From an uncultured archaeon (GTDB taxonomy: Archaea > Nanobdellota > Nanobdellia > Pacearchaeales > GW2011-AR1), in contig CAWJRC010000002.1 of assembly GCA_963845205.1 (NCBI GenBank), positions 13,928 through 77,927 of the forward strand: a stretch of 64,000 bases of DNA, given 5' to 3'. Shown in pieces: positions 63,683-64,000 of the stretch (positions are counted from its first letter, which is position 1; every line of letters starts with the position of its first letter). A program made the translations under genes and the position numbers. The notes beneath the pieces were generated by a model. It searched no databases, had not been told where the DNA came from, and saw only the letters and a list, made by a program, of their open reading frames with translations.

Positions 63683-64000
63683 TTATTTCTTATCCTCTTT
63701 ATTTTCAGCAGCTTTGTTTAAGACAGGCATAGGAAGATGAGTTGGGACTCCAATTTCTTCCTCTAACTGTAATGATCTTATATTTGACTTTCTAAGAATT
63801 GCGTTAAAGATAAAGATCTTGAAATCTTCAGATGTAAGTTTATCCTTCCACCCCTTTAAAATTTCTTTTGATGTTTTTGATTCAGCAGAAATTATAATGT
63901 CTCCATTAATCTCAATTTTAGCAAACCCCGGTTCATAAGATATAATATAAATAAAGCCTATTTTAAGAATATCTTCTTTAATCCTTAAAAAATCAGATTT
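63683..64000 (-). CDS. hypothetical protein, 5' end beyond the window (C-terminal 105 aa seen)
   Basis: My own translation of the minus strand is open from 64000 to the TAA at 63685-63683 (..IEINGDIIISAE..IFIFNAILRKSNIRSLQLEEEIGVPTHLPMPVL..). It is absent from the ORF track because no start lies inside the window. Confidence 0.45.
   Translation of the reverse strand, partial: KSDFLRIKEDILKIGFIYIISYEPGFAKIEINGDIIISAESKTSKEILKGWKDKLTSEDFKIFIFNAILRKSNIRSLQLEEEIGVPTHLPMPVLNKAAENKEDKK

Larger units (their letters stand above)
56725..64000. mobile_element. putative integrated element / accessory region with serine recombinases; right end beyond the window
   Basis: Conserved core synteny ends at uS9. 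Beyond it lie two recombinase genes (one degenerate), an HNH nuclease, wHTH proteins, repeats and many orphan ORFs. The boundaries are not defined by me. Confidence 0.55.

Overview
Visibly AT-rich archaeal chromosomal segment. The archaeal call rests on archaea-specific ribosomal proteins (eS4, eL32, eL19, eL18, eL21), RNA polymerase subunits D/N/F, aSUI1, AglB and Rpp21. Genes are compact and many overlap by 4 nt. By inference it is most consistent with a small-genome DPANN-type archaeon.

Layout:
(1) 1-11.9 kb: the ribosomal-protein cluster from uL2 to uL15, then SecY, a DUF106/YidC-like insertase and prefoldin alpha. An unexplained 64-aa ORF is translationally coupled between uS5 and uL30.
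(2) 12.8-47.1 kb: a ~34-kb glycosylation / surface-glycan island. It holds AglB, an AglH-like GPT, a GtrA/GT2/GT-C triad, ADP-heptose-type genes (an HldE-kinase-like gene and a frameshifted HldD) and a GT9 heptosyltransferase. It also holds GT2/GT4 enzymes, two SDR sugar enzymes, two SAM methyltransferases, a Wzx-like flippase and nine radical-SAM enzymes (four cobalamin-domain class B, two SPASM, three others). A half-size split TPP E1 alpha/beta pair and a Nudix hydrolase are embedded among the radical-SAM genes. This island is the best candidate for an undescribed system, namely a heavily tailored heptose-containing glycan.
(3) 47.1-56.7 kb: SecDF, tRNA-Gly/Arg/Leu, a stand-alone 5S rRNA, Rpp21, RpoN, eL21-RpoF-DUF655, uS13-uS4-uS11-RpoD, tRNA-Leu(CAA) and eL18-uL13-uS9.
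(4) 56.7-64 kb: an accessory or integrated region. It carries one intact and one catalytic-domain-less serine recombinase, an HNH nuclease, wHTH proteins, ~60-bp direct repeats around a two-gene cassette, and a dense array of AAACAG/CTGTTT half-sites that extends into a coding region.

No CRISPR array was seen. All calls come from reading translations and sequence by eye; no database search was run.
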